Of a DNA stretch of 32,000 nucleotides, positions 1 through 7,673 are shown piece after piece. This stretch comes from an uncultured Actinomycetes bacterium. GTDB taxonomy: Bacteria; Actinomycetota; Actinomycetes; S36-B12; CAIYMF01. The number at the start of each line of letters is the position of its first letter. Position 1 is the first letter of the stretch. The DNA lies in assembly GCA_963843975.1 (NCBI GenBank), contig CAWJMG010000001.1, forward strand, positions 1,350,001-1,382,000, written 5' to 3'. Both the position numbers and the translations under genes were made by a program. The notes under the pieces were generated by a model that had not been told where the DNA came from, made no database searches, and saw only the letters and a list, made by a program, of their open reading frames with translations.

Positions 1-83
1 AGGTCACCGGCTCGCACAAGGTCGAGGTGCGCGTGCACCCCGAGGTGCTCGCCAACCTGACCGTGGACGTCGTCAGCTCCTGA
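1..83 (+). CDS. rplI: 50S ribosomal protein L9, 3' end only (start is off-window)
   Basis: The frame is open from the window edge (codons from nt 3) to TGA 81-83. The peptide VTGSHKVEVRVHPEVLANLTVDVVSS resembles actinobacterial L9 C-termini. The rplI-then-dnaB neighbourhood is conserved, and a perfect terminator hairpin follows. Confidence 0.6.
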   Translation, partial: VTGSHKVEVRVHPEVLANLTVDVVSS

Positions 84-99
84 CGCCACCCGCACGCAC

Positions 100-137
100 G
101 AAGGCCGCCGTCCGCAAGGACGGCGGCCTTCGTCGTT
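100..137 (+). terminator. Intrinsic terminator hairpin after rplI
   Basis: Perfect 14-bp stem GAAGGCCGCCGTCC (100-113) / GGACGGCGGCCTTC (118-131) with a GCAA tetraloop, followed by the weak T-containing tail GTCGTT. Confidence 0.7.
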
Positions 138-381
138 CCGACGTCCCGGAGACGAGCCCCCAAGTGGTTGCTACCGCAGCTGTTCGGTGGCGAAGCACGA
201 TCACATTCGGTGCAGATCCGGGGCGGGTGAATCTTCCGCACGACTCAGTGCGGACGTAGCGTGCGGTGATGGCTTCATCGCCGCAGACTCTCGACCCGGA
301 GCACTTCTGCCCCACGTGCGGACGGGACACGGCGTACTGCCGCTGCATGCTGCAGCGCCGCGCGGAGCAACAGCCCGACAG

Positions 382-912
382 TCAGCCGCGCTCGGCGAGC
401 AGCTCGCGGATGCGCTCGACCGTGCCGGGCGTCGCGGCCTCGATCATGGCGAGCACCTCCTCGAACCCGTCGTACGAGCCGTAGTACGGGTCCGGCACGT
501 CGAGCTCGTCCGAGGGGTGCGGTACGCCGGCCAGCGCGGGGTCGAGGGCGCGCATCATGACGACCTCGACGCCGGGCGGCGCGAGCCGCACGAGGTCGTC
601 GTAGTGCGTGGTGTCCATCGCCAGCAGGAGGTCGGGGCCGTCGTCCTCGGCGTACCACCCTCGCGTGATCTGCTGCGCGCGGTGCGGGTCGCCGTCGTAG
701 CCGTGGGCGCGCAGCACCTGCCGCGCGCGCCGGTCGGCGGGGTCGCCGACGTGCCAGCCCCCGATGCCGGCGGAGTCGACGACGACCGCGTGTCCGAGCC
801 CGGCGTCCTCGAGGGCCTGGCGCAGGACGTACTCCGCGATCGGGGATCGGCAGATGTTGCCCGAGCAGACGGTGGTCACACGAAGCACGCTCACCCGCTC
901 ATCCTCCGGCAT
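382..912 (-). CDS. Low-molecular-weight protein-tyrosine phosphatase
   Basis: ORF 382..939. It has the P-loop VCSGNICRSP (C-X5-R-S) and the DPYY acid loop (VPDPYYGS). The start is ATG 912 (overlaps the MATE stop in ATGCCGGAGGATGA) or GTG 894; the choice is uncertain. Confidence 0.85.
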   Translation of the reverse strand: MPEDERVSVLRVTTVCSGNICRSPIAEYVLRQALEDAGLGHAVVVDSAGIGGWHVGDPADRRARQVLRAHGYDGDPHRAQQITRGWYAEDDGPDLLLAMDTTHYDDLVRLAPPGVEVVMMRALDPALAGVPHPSDELDVPDPYYGSYDGFEEVLAMIEAATPGTVERIRELLAERG

Positions 913-2299
913 CGCCGCGGGCAGCCGACTCCGCGGCACCGGCGTCGGCGCTCGTGCGCAGCCAGCGGTCGCCGCGGGCGCGCCAGGCCAGCAGTGCGCC
1001 GCGCACGACCATGAACCAGGTCAGCGCCCACCAGAGCGCGACCACGCCGAGGTCGCGCGAGAGCACGAGCCACGCCGCGGGCAGGAACGTCGCGAGCATG
1101 ACGAGGCCGGCGCCGGCGAGCCAGCGGCCGTCACCCGCGCCGATGAGGACGCCGTCCAGCACGAAGACCGGCGACGACAGCGGCTGCTGCAGCGCGGCCA
1201 CCACGAGCGAGGCGGCGATCAGGCTGCGCACCACGGGATCCGAGGTGAACAGCGCCGGCAGCCACGGCACTGATGCGAGCACGAGCAGGGCGAGCACCAC
1301 GCCCATCGCGACCCCCAGCCGCACGAGGCGTGCCGTGACGACCCGCGCCCCGGACCGGTCGCCCGCACCGAGGTAGCGGCCGAGCAGCGCCATGCCGGCG
1401 ATCGCGAGCGCGTCGGCCGCGAGCGACAGCAGGATCCACACCTGGAAGCTGACGTGGTACGCCGCGAGCTCGGCGTCGCCGAGGCGCGCGGCCACTCCGG
1501 CTGCGACGAGGAACACCGCACGCAGCACGACCGTCCGCACGAACAGCGGCCCGCCCGTGCGCGCCGCGGCCAGCATCCCGAGCCCGGACGGCGCGATGCG
1601 CACCCCGCGGCGCCGCGCGACGTGCACCACCACCGCGACGTACGCCACGGCCTGCACCACCTCGGCGACCACCGTCGCTGCCGCCGAGCCGCCGATGCCG
1701 TAGCCGAGCCCGATCACGAGCACCCACGCGAGCACGAGGTTCACGACGACGACCAGCAGCGTGACGAGCAGCGTCGTCCGCGTGTCCTGCAGGCCGCGGA
1801 GCACGCCGACGCCGGCCATCGCGACCAGCGCGGCGGGGAAGCCGAACGCGATCACGTGCAGGTAGGTCACGGCGTACGGCGTCACCTCGGGCGAGGCTCC
1901 GAGTGCGACCACGAGCGGCTCGGCCGCGAGCCAGGTGCCGACGGCCAGCAGGACGCCGAGCCCGAGGCCGAGCGCCATCCCCTCGACGCCCTCGGACACC
2001 GCGGCGTCCCACCGGCCCTCGCCGACGCGGCGCGCGACCGAGGAGGTGGTGGCGTACGCCAGGAAGATGCAGAGGCCGAGGACGAGCGAGACGAGCGTGG
2101 CCGCGGCGCCGAGCCCGGCCAGCGGCAGCGTGCCCAGGGTGCCGACGATGCCGGCGTCCACCAGCACGAACAGCGGCTGCGCCACCAGCGCGCCGAGGGC
2201 CGGCACGGCCAGGCCGAGGATCTCGCGCAGCGAGCCGGGCCCGGGCCCGGGCCCGGGCCGGGGCGCTGCGGGTGCCGCGGCGTCCTCGGGTCGTCTCAC
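899..2299 (-). CDS. MATE family efflux transporter (DinF-like)
   Basis: 466-aa polytopic hydrophobic ORF with a GTG start at 2299. The N-terminal LAVPALGALVAQPLFVLVDAGIVG motif and twofold-repeat layout are typical of MATE/DinF. GC3 is high in this frame, and the alternative frames are Arg-rich junk. Confidence 0.8.
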   Translation of the reverse strand: MRRPEDAAAPAAPRPGPGPGPGSLREILGLAVPALGALVAQPLFVLVDAGIVGTLGTLPLAGLGAAATLVSLVLGLCIFLAYATTSSVARRVGEGRWDAAVSEGVEGMALGLGLGVLLAVGTWLAAEPLVVALGASPEVTPYAVTYLHVIAFGFPAALVAMAGVGVLRGLQDTRTTLLVTLLVVVVNLVLAWVLVIGLGYGIGGSAAATVVAEVVQAVAYVAVVVHVARRRGVRIAPSGLGMLAAARTGGPLFVRTVVLRAVFLVAAGVAARLGDAELAAYHVSFQVWILLSLAADALAIAGMALLGRYLGAGDRSGARVVTARLVRLGVAMGVVLALLVLASVPWLPALFTSDPVVRSLIAASLVVAALQQPLSSPVFVLDGVLIGAGDGRWLAGAGLVMLATFLPAAWLVLSRDLGVVALWWALTWFMVVRGALLAWRARGDRWLRTSADAGAAESAARGDAGG

Positions 2300-2547
2300 C
2301 CGGCCATCCTGCCGTGGCGGCGTCCGCCCCTGCCCGCACGGGCTGATCGCCTGGCCGTCCGAGACTGCTGCGGCTGCTGTGACTCGTGGTGCGAGCGCGT
2401 GGTGGGCGCCATGGCGGCACTGCCCCCGCGGTCGAGCGGGGCCCCCGCATGTTCACCAGGCGGACGCCCGAACGAAGTTTCTTCCCTCCCCAGGCGGTGG
2501 ACGGCATCGTCCCAGGTCACAGCCGTGAACGGCAGAGAACTGCTCGG

Positions 2548-2624
2548 TTATCCCACGGTTGTCCACACCCTTGTCACCCCCTTTCCCGGCGCGTTCCCCA
2601 GGTTTGTCCACAGGTCTGTCCACA
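2548..2624 (+). promoter_or_regulatory. Cluster of DnaA boxes upstream of dnaB
   Basis: TTGTCCACA at 2559-2567 and 2604-2612 (both perfect) and CTGTCCACA at 2616-2624. Degenerate copies are TTATCCCAC at 2548-2556 and TTGTCACCC at 2571-2579. All lie on the same strand. The last two boxes sit in a 12-bp tandem repeat, GTTTGTCCACAG GTCTGTCCACAG (2602-2625). Confidence 0.6.
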
Positions 2625-2779
2625 GGCCTCCTTGGTGTTCGCCGATCGCCCGCCTAGGTTCGAGGTCGGTACCTGTCGGACCCCTGGCGTAGACCTGCTC
2701 GTGCAGGTGCGGGAGGTCCCCGGCACCTCCGGGCGACGGCGCGTGCCGCTCCCTGGATGCACGGCCCGAGGCGAGGAGG

Positions 2780-4175
2780 ATGGCCAGCGTGAGCGTCGTC
2801 GAGCTGTCCCCCCGCGACGGCTCCGGGCACGACGACGGCGGGTCCAGCTACAACGGCCCCGACCGCACGCCGCCGCAGGACATCGCCGCCGAGCAGTCCG
2901 TCATCGGCGCGATGCTGCTCTCCAAGGACGCCATCGCCGACGTCGTCGAGAGCCTGCGCGAGCAGGACTTCTACCGCCCGGCCCACCAGATCATCTACGG
3001 CGTCATCCTCGACCTCTACGGCCGCGGCGAGCCCGCCGACGCCGTCACGGTGTCCGCCGAGCTGCACCCGGATCCAGGAGATCGGCCGCGTCGGCGGGGC
3101 GCCGTACCTCCACACGCTCGTCGCCTCGGTGCCCACCGCGGCCAACGCCGGCTACTACGCCCGCATCGTGCAGGAGCGCGCGGTGCTGCGCCGCCTCGTC
3201 GAGGCCGGCACGCGCATCGTGCAGATGGGCTACGCCGGCGACGGCGAGGTCGACCAGCTCGTCGACCGCGCGCAGGCCGCGGTCTACGACGTCACCGACC
3301 GGCGCACGTCCGAGGACTACATGGTCCTCAAGGACGTCATGGGGGGCACGCTCGAGGAGATCGACGCGATCGCCAACCGCGGCGGCGTCCTCGCCGGCGT
3401 GCCCACCGGCTTCGCCGACCTCGACTCGCTCACCAACGGGCTGCACGCCGGCCAGATGATCGTGGTCGCGGCCCGTCCCGCGATCGGAAAGTCCACGCTC
3501 GGCCTCGACCTCGCACGGGCGGCGTCCATCAAGCACGGCCTCACCAGCGCCATCTTCAGCCTGGAGATGAGCCGCAACGAGATCGCGATGCGACTGCTCT
3601 CGGCCGAGGCGCAGATCGCCCTGTCGAACCTCCGCGGCGGCTCGATGAGCGACAACGACTGGCAGAAGCTCGCGCGCAAGATGAGCGCCGTCGCCGAGGC
3701 TCCGCTGTTCATCGACGACTCGCCCAACATGACGATGATGGAGATCCGCGCGAAGTGCCGCCGCCTCAAGCAGCGGCACGACCTCCGCCTCGTGATCATC
3801 GACTACCTGCAGCTCATGAGCTCGGGCAAGAAGGTCGAGAGCCGCCAGCAGGAGGTCTCGGAGTTCTCCCGCTCGCTCAAGCTCCTCGCCAAGGAGCTCG
3901 AGGTGCCGGTCGTCGCGATCTCCCAGCTCAACCGTGGCCCGGAGCAAAGAACGGACAAAAGGCCCATGGTGAGCGATCTACGCGAATCGGGCAGTATAGA
4001 ACAGGACGCCGATATGGTGATCCTGCTGCACCGCGAGGACGCGTACGAGCGCGAGTCGCCGCGAGCGGGCGAGGCCGACTTCATCGTGGCCAAGCACCGC
4101 AACGGCCCCACCGCCACCGTGACCGTCGCCTTCCAGGGCCACTACTCGCGCTTCGTCGACATGGCCCAGACCTGA
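2780..4175 (+). pseudogene. dnaB: Replicative DNA helicase DnaB, reading frame broken by a 1-nt indel near 3065 (as sequenced); intein-free
   Basis: The N-terminal domain lies in the frame of 2780 (PPQDIAAEQSVIGAMLLSKDAIADVVE...GEPADAVTVSAEL). The rest lies in the frame of 3129 (TRIQEIGRVGGAPYLHTLVASVPTAANAGYYARIV..., Walker A ARPAIGKST, IIDYLQLM, SQLNRGPEQRTDKRP, RESGSIEQDAD). The two parts join if C3065 is removed. The start is ATG 2780 or GTG 2789, which is better spaced from GGAGG 2775-2779. TGA is at 4173-4175. Confidence 0.9.
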
Positions 4176-4540
4176 TGGTCCGCGCGAGCTGGTTCGAGAT
4201 CCCGGTGGCCGACCTCGACCGCGCCGTCGACTTCTACGAGCGCGTGTTCCTCGTCGAGCTCGAGCGCGACACCGTCGACGGCAACGACGCGGCGTACTTC
4301 CCCGCGGCCGACGGCCCGATCGGTGCCGCCGGTGCGCTCATGCACGGCGACTCCTACGTGCCGTCCGTCGACGGCACCCGCATCTACCTCGGCGTCGACG
4401 ATGTCGAGGCCGTGGTCCTGCGCGCGGTCGAGGCGGGTGGGACCGTGCTCTATCCGGCCACGACCGTCGAGGACACCGTGGTCGCGGAGATCGCCGACTC
4501 CGAGGGCAACCGCATCGCCCTGCAGGGCGACGCCGACTAG
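4175..4540 (+). CDS. VOC (glyoxalase/bleomycin-resistance) family protein
   Basis: ATG 4175 overlaps the dnaB stop (TGATG). The 121-aa product starts MVRASWFEIPVADLDRAVDFYERVF and ends EIADSEGNRIAL, typical of the VOC fold. Confidence 0.75.
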   Translation: MVRASWFEIPVADLDRAVDFYERVFLVELERDTVDGNDAAYFPAADGPIGAAGALMHGDSYVPSVDGTRIYLGVDDVEAVVLRAVEAGGTVLYPATTVEDTVVAEIADSEGNRIALQGDAD

Positions 4541-4547
4541 CGATCGC

Positions 4548-4601
4548 CCGATTCGGTAGTGCCAGGGCGTCACCCGTGACGCCTTGCCACTACCGAATCG
4601 G
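4548..4601. terminator. Long hairpin between convergent genes (putative bidirectional terminator)
   Basis: 26-nt arms CCGATTCGGTAGTGCCAGGGCGTCAC / GTGACGCCTTGCCACTACCGAATCGG with 24/26 complementary. It lies between the VOC stop (4540) and the GNAT stop (4607). There is no U-tract. Confidence 0.6.
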
Positions 4602-4606
4602 ATGAG

Positions 4607-5314
4607 TCAGGCGTCGGTCTGGACCAGCACGAAGGACGGGCGGCGGCGCACGCGGAAGCCGAGGCGCTCGTAGACCCGGATCGCGTTCTCGTTCGAGCCC
4701 GCGGCGTGCAGGAGCGGTACGAGGCCCTCGGCCCGGATGCCGTGCGCGACGGCGAGCACGAGGCGGGCGGCGTACCCGCGGCCACGGAACCCCTCGTCGG
4801 TGCAGACGGCGCTGATCTCCACCCAGCCGGGCGGGTTGAGCCGGCGCCCGGCCATGGCCACGAGACGGCCGTCGTCGGAGCGGATGCCGAGGTAGCCGCC
4901 GAGCTCGATGGTGCGGGGCTCGAAGGGGCCGGGCTGCGTGCGCTGCACGAGGTCGAGCATCTCCGGAACGTCTGCCGTGGTCAGCACCAGGAGCTCGTCG
5001 TCGGGCACGCCCGCGACATCCTCGCCCGTGATCTGGACGCCCTGACCGCTCTCGACGATGCTCCATCCGAGAGGCGGCTCGCCGTCCCAGCCCGTGACGA
5101 CGCCGTACCCGCGCGGCCCCACCAGCGCGGTCAGGTCGACCCAGGCCTCGGGATCGTCCGGGTCGCTCATCGCTGTGAACGGTGACACGTCGTGCGGGTA
5201 ACGACGGGCCTTGCCCGAGCCTTCGGCCAGGTAGGCGTGCGGCCCGATCAGGGAGTGCCATGCAGGGTTGAGCAGGACGCTGTCGTCACCATCGCCTGTG
5301 CTCACTCGCGGCAC
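4607..5314 (-). CDS. GNAT family N-acetyltransferase
   Basis: The 235-aa ORF has a C-terminal acetyl-CoA binding core, VCTDEGFRGRGYAARLVLAV...NENAIRVYERLGF (Q/RxxGxG/A motif). The start is GTG 5314 or 5305. Confidence 0.8.
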   Translation of the reverse strand: MPRVSTGDGDDSVLLNPAWHSLIGPHAYLAEGSGKARRYPHDVSPFTAMSDPDDPEAWVDLTALVGPRGYGVVTGWDGEPPLGWSIVESGQGVQITGEDVAGVPDDELLVLTTADVPEMLDLVQRTQPGPFEPRTIELGGYLGIRSDDGRLVAMAGRRLNPPGWVEISAVCTDEGFRGRGYAARLVLAVAHGIRAEGLVPLLHAAGSNENAIRVYERLGFRVRRRPSFVLVQTDA

Positions 5315-5401
5315 GCTATCTCGTGCGCCCGACCGGCCGCTGCGCCGCAGCCAGCCTCACCGACGGGGAGGTGGCATCGTGAGCCCGTGACCACCGATCC
5401 C

Positions 5402-5863
5402 ATGCGCTTCCGCCGAGTGCTGGCCGCCTACCCGACCGGTGTCACCGCTGTCGCCGCGCTCGTCGACGGTCGCCCGGCGGGCATCTCGGCGAGCTCGTTC
5501 ACGAGCGTCTCGCTGGAGCCGGCGCTGGTGTCGGTCTGCATCGCGCACACCTCCACGACGTGGCCCCGGCTGCGCGACCTGCCGCGGATCGGTGTGAGCG
5601 TCCTCAGCGCCGAGCAGGAGCACGTCGCGCGCGCCCTCGCGTCCCGGGACGGCGACCGCTTCGCCACCATCGGCTGGAGCGCGGGGCCGGACGGATCGGT
5701 GCGGATCGACGGCGCCAGCGCGTGGCTGGACTGCTCCATCGACACGGTGGTGCGGGCGGGCGACCACGACATCGTGGTGCTGCAGGTCGTCGAGCTCGAC
5801 GGCGATCCGGCCGTGGATCCGCTGGTCTTCCACGGGAGCACGTACCGCAGGCGCCTCGGCTGA
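5402..5863 (+). CDS. Flavin reductase family protein (NAD(P)H-flavin oxidoreductase-like)
   Basis: FRRVLAAYPTGVTAVAALVDGRPAGISASSFTSVSLEPALVSVCI is the characteristic flavin reductase domain signature. The start is ATG 5402, or GTG 5387 is possible. It is divergent from the GNAT gene. Confidence 0.8.
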   Translation: MRFRRVLAAYPTGVTAVAALVDGRPAGISASSFTSVSLEPALVSVCIAHTSTTWPRLRDLPRIGVSVLSAEQEHVARALASRDGDRFATIGWSAGPDGSVRIDGASAWLDCSIDTVVRAGDHDIVVLQVVELDGDPAVDPLVFHGSTYRRRLG

Positions 5864-5879
5864 TCGCCACGACGACGCA

Positions 5880-5916
5880 ACGATGCCCACGGGACGGCTG
5901 GTCCCGTGGGCATCGT
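5880..5916. terminator. Hairpin between convergent genes (putative bidirectional terminator)
   Basis: Perfect 16-bp stem ACGATGCCCACGGGAC (5880-5895) / GTCCCGTGGGCATCGT (5901-5916) with loop GGCTG. Confidence 0.6.
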
Positions 5917-5931
5917 CCTGTCGCAGGCCGG

Positions 5932-6606
5932 TCAGCTGCGCGACGGCGGCAGCTTGGACTGGATCCAGAGCATGAGGTCGCTGCTGCTGCGCGTCTGGAG
6001 CCACACGCGGCCTGGGCCGGTGAAGTCGGTGACGAGGCCCTCGGCGCCGAGGATCGTCGACTTCCACGAGCCGGCTTTGCGGACGGCGTAGGTCACGCCC
6101 TCGTCGAACGCCACGACGTGGCCGGTGTCGAGCGTGAGGACCTCGCCAGCGCCGAGCGTGTACGGGCGCAGCGCGCCGTACGCCGAGACCAGGAGGTCAC
6201 CGGCCCCCGTGCAGCGGAGCAGCAGCAGTCCCTCGCCGGAGAAGAACGTCTTGCCCCCGCCCCACTTGGTGTCGACGTCGATCGACGGGTCGGAGGCGAT
6301 CCACGACCCGCTCTGCACCATGAGAGCGCGGGAGCCGTCGAGCATGATGTGGTCGAGGTCGCCGGGCAGTGCCGCGGCGACACCGACGACGCCGCCGGAC
6401 CCGGAGCTGAAGTCGTTGACGAAGAAGCTCTCGCCGCCGAGGGAGCGCTTGAGCCCCTTCATGAAGCCGCCCTGGGTGGACGTCGCCATCTGGATGTCGC
6501 CGCGCGTCATGGCCATGGCGCCGGCTTCGACGCGGACCGCGCCGCCGGGCGGCAGCGTGATCTCACCGAACGCAAACGCGGGGCCGGAGCTGATCTCTAC
6601 CTGCAT
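5932..6606 (-). CDS. AIM24 / TIGR00266 (DUF124) family protein
   Basis: The 224-aa ORF has GESFFVNDF...LPGDL...SGSWIA...FFSGEGLLLLRCTG.G.L.VSAYGAL....L..GE.L.LDTGHVVAFDE, the pattern typical of this family. Confidence 0.8.
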   Translation of the reverse strand: MQVEISSGPAFAFGEITLPPGGAVRVEAGAMAMTRGDIQMATSTQGGFMKGLKRSLGGESFFVNDFSSGSGGVVGVAAALPGDLDHIMLDGSRALMVQSGSWIASDPSIDVDTKWGGGKTFFSGEGLLLLRCTGAGDLLVSAYGALRPYTLGAGEVLTLDTGHVVAFDEGVTYAVRKAGSWKSTILGAEGLVTDFTGPGRVWLQTRSSSDLMLWIQSKLPPSRS

Positions 6607-6745
6607 GGCACGAGACTAGGCAGCCACGGCGATCACGGCCAGGTAATCGCGCGCACGGCTCCGTACGGCGTCACCACAACGCGGCGGGACCGGGCCCGGA
6701 CGGGCGCTGGTCGTTGCGGGGTGTGCCGTGCGCGAGACTCCCGGG

Positions 6746-7666
6746 ATGGCAGGAGTCCTCAGCGGGTTCGCGATCATCGCGGCCGTCATCGCCGTGGGCT
6801 ACGCGGCCGGCCGGCTCGGCGTGATCACGGCCGAGACCGCGCCCCTGCTCGCGCGCCTCGTGTTCTACGTGCTGGCGCCCTGTCTCCTGTTCACGATCCT
6901 CGCGACAGCCAGCACGGAGGACCTCCTGTCCCCGGTGCTCGCGGTGCCGCTGGCTGCTGCGGTCGCGGCCTACGCCACCTACGCCGTGGTGGCGCGCGTG
7001 GTGTGGCACCGATCGGTGGCGCACACGACGATGGGCGCCCTCGCTGCGGGCTACGTCAACAGCAACAACATCGGCCTGCCCGTGGCCGTCTACGTCCTCG
7101 GCAGTGCGGCGTACGTCGCACCGATCCTGATGGCCCAGCTCGTGATCGTCACGCCGATCGCGCTCACCGTGATGGATGCGAGCACGCGCGGCCGCGTGTC
7201 CGTCGGGCAGGTGCTGCTCGGGCCGGTGCGCAACCCGCTGGTGGTCGCCTCGGTGCTCGGCGTCGTCGTCGGCGCCACCGGTGCCCCGGTACCCGACGTC
7301 GTGATGGAGCCGCTGCGCATCATCGGAGCGGCCACGGTGCCGCTGCTGCTCATGAACTACGGCGCGTCGCTGCACGGCATCCGGGTGCTGCAGCCGGGGC
7401 CCGAGCGCAAGGACGTCGTGCTGGCCACGGCCATCAAGGTCGTCGCCATGCCCGCGGTGGCGTGGGCTCTCGGCGCGTGGGTGTCCGGGCTCGCGGGCCA
7501 CGACCTGTTCGTGGTCGTCGCACTGGCGGCGCTGCCGTCGGCGCACAACACCTTCAACTACGCCCAGCGCTACGCCACCGCCGAGCTGGTCGTGCGCGAC
7601 ACGATCCTGCTCAGCACGATCGGCGCGATACCTGTTCTCCTCGCCGCGGCAGCACTGCTGAAGTAG
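6746..7666 (+). CDS. AEC (auxin efflux carrier) family transporter
   Basis: Polytopic membrane ORF with N-terminus MAGVLSGFAIIAAVIAVGYAAGR and a two-repeat layout with a central loop. The ORF opens at GTG 6728; ATG 6746 is preferred. Confidence 0.8.
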   Translation: MAGVLSGFAIIAAVIAVGYAAGRLGVITAETAPLLARLVFYVLAPCLLFTILATASTEDLLSPVLAVPLAAAVAAYATYAVVARVVWHRSVAHTTMGALAAGYVNSNNIGLPVAVYVLGSAAYVAPILMAQLVIVTPIALTVMDASTRGRVSVGQVLLGPVRNPLVVASVLGVVVGATGAPVPDVVMEPLRIIGAATVPLLLMNYGASLHGIRVLQPGPERKDVVLATAIKVVAMPAVAWALGAWVSGLAGHDLFVVVALAALPSAHNTFNYAQRYATAELVVRDTILLSTIGAIPVLLAAAALLK

Positions 7667-7673
7667 CCGGGGC

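Noticed and set aside
266-484. Small plus-strand ORF with a CPTCG...CRC four-cysteine pattern (possible zinc-ribbon mini-protein)
   Set aside because: GC3 is high in the non-overlapping part. However, there is no convincing RBS, the ORF runs ~100 nt into the convergent phosphatase gene, and CxC is atypical for the second zinc knuckle. It cannot be supported without homology or expression data.
2657-2667. GGTTCGAGGTC resembling a tRNA T-loop
   Set aside because: The flanking bases do not form a T-stem, and no acceptor or anticodon arms can be built, so it is not a tRNA.
1131-2692. Alternative-frame ORFs (458 aa minus, 412 aa plus) over the MATE gene and its upstream region
   Set aside because: They are Arg/Gly/Ala/Asp-rich low-complexity translations. 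The 899..2299 frame gives a coherent 12-TM-like transporter.
2300-2780. Considered whether the DnaA-box region is oriC
   Set aside because: There is no dnaA/dnaN context, only about 5 boxes in one orientation, and no AT-rich unwinding element. It is treated as a secondary DnaA-binding or regulatory site instead.
2780-4175. Checked dnaB for an intein (common in actinobacterial DnaB)
   Set aside because: The joined protein is of ordinary length. RESG is directly followed by SIEQDAD and the P-loop is uninterrupted, so no intein is present.
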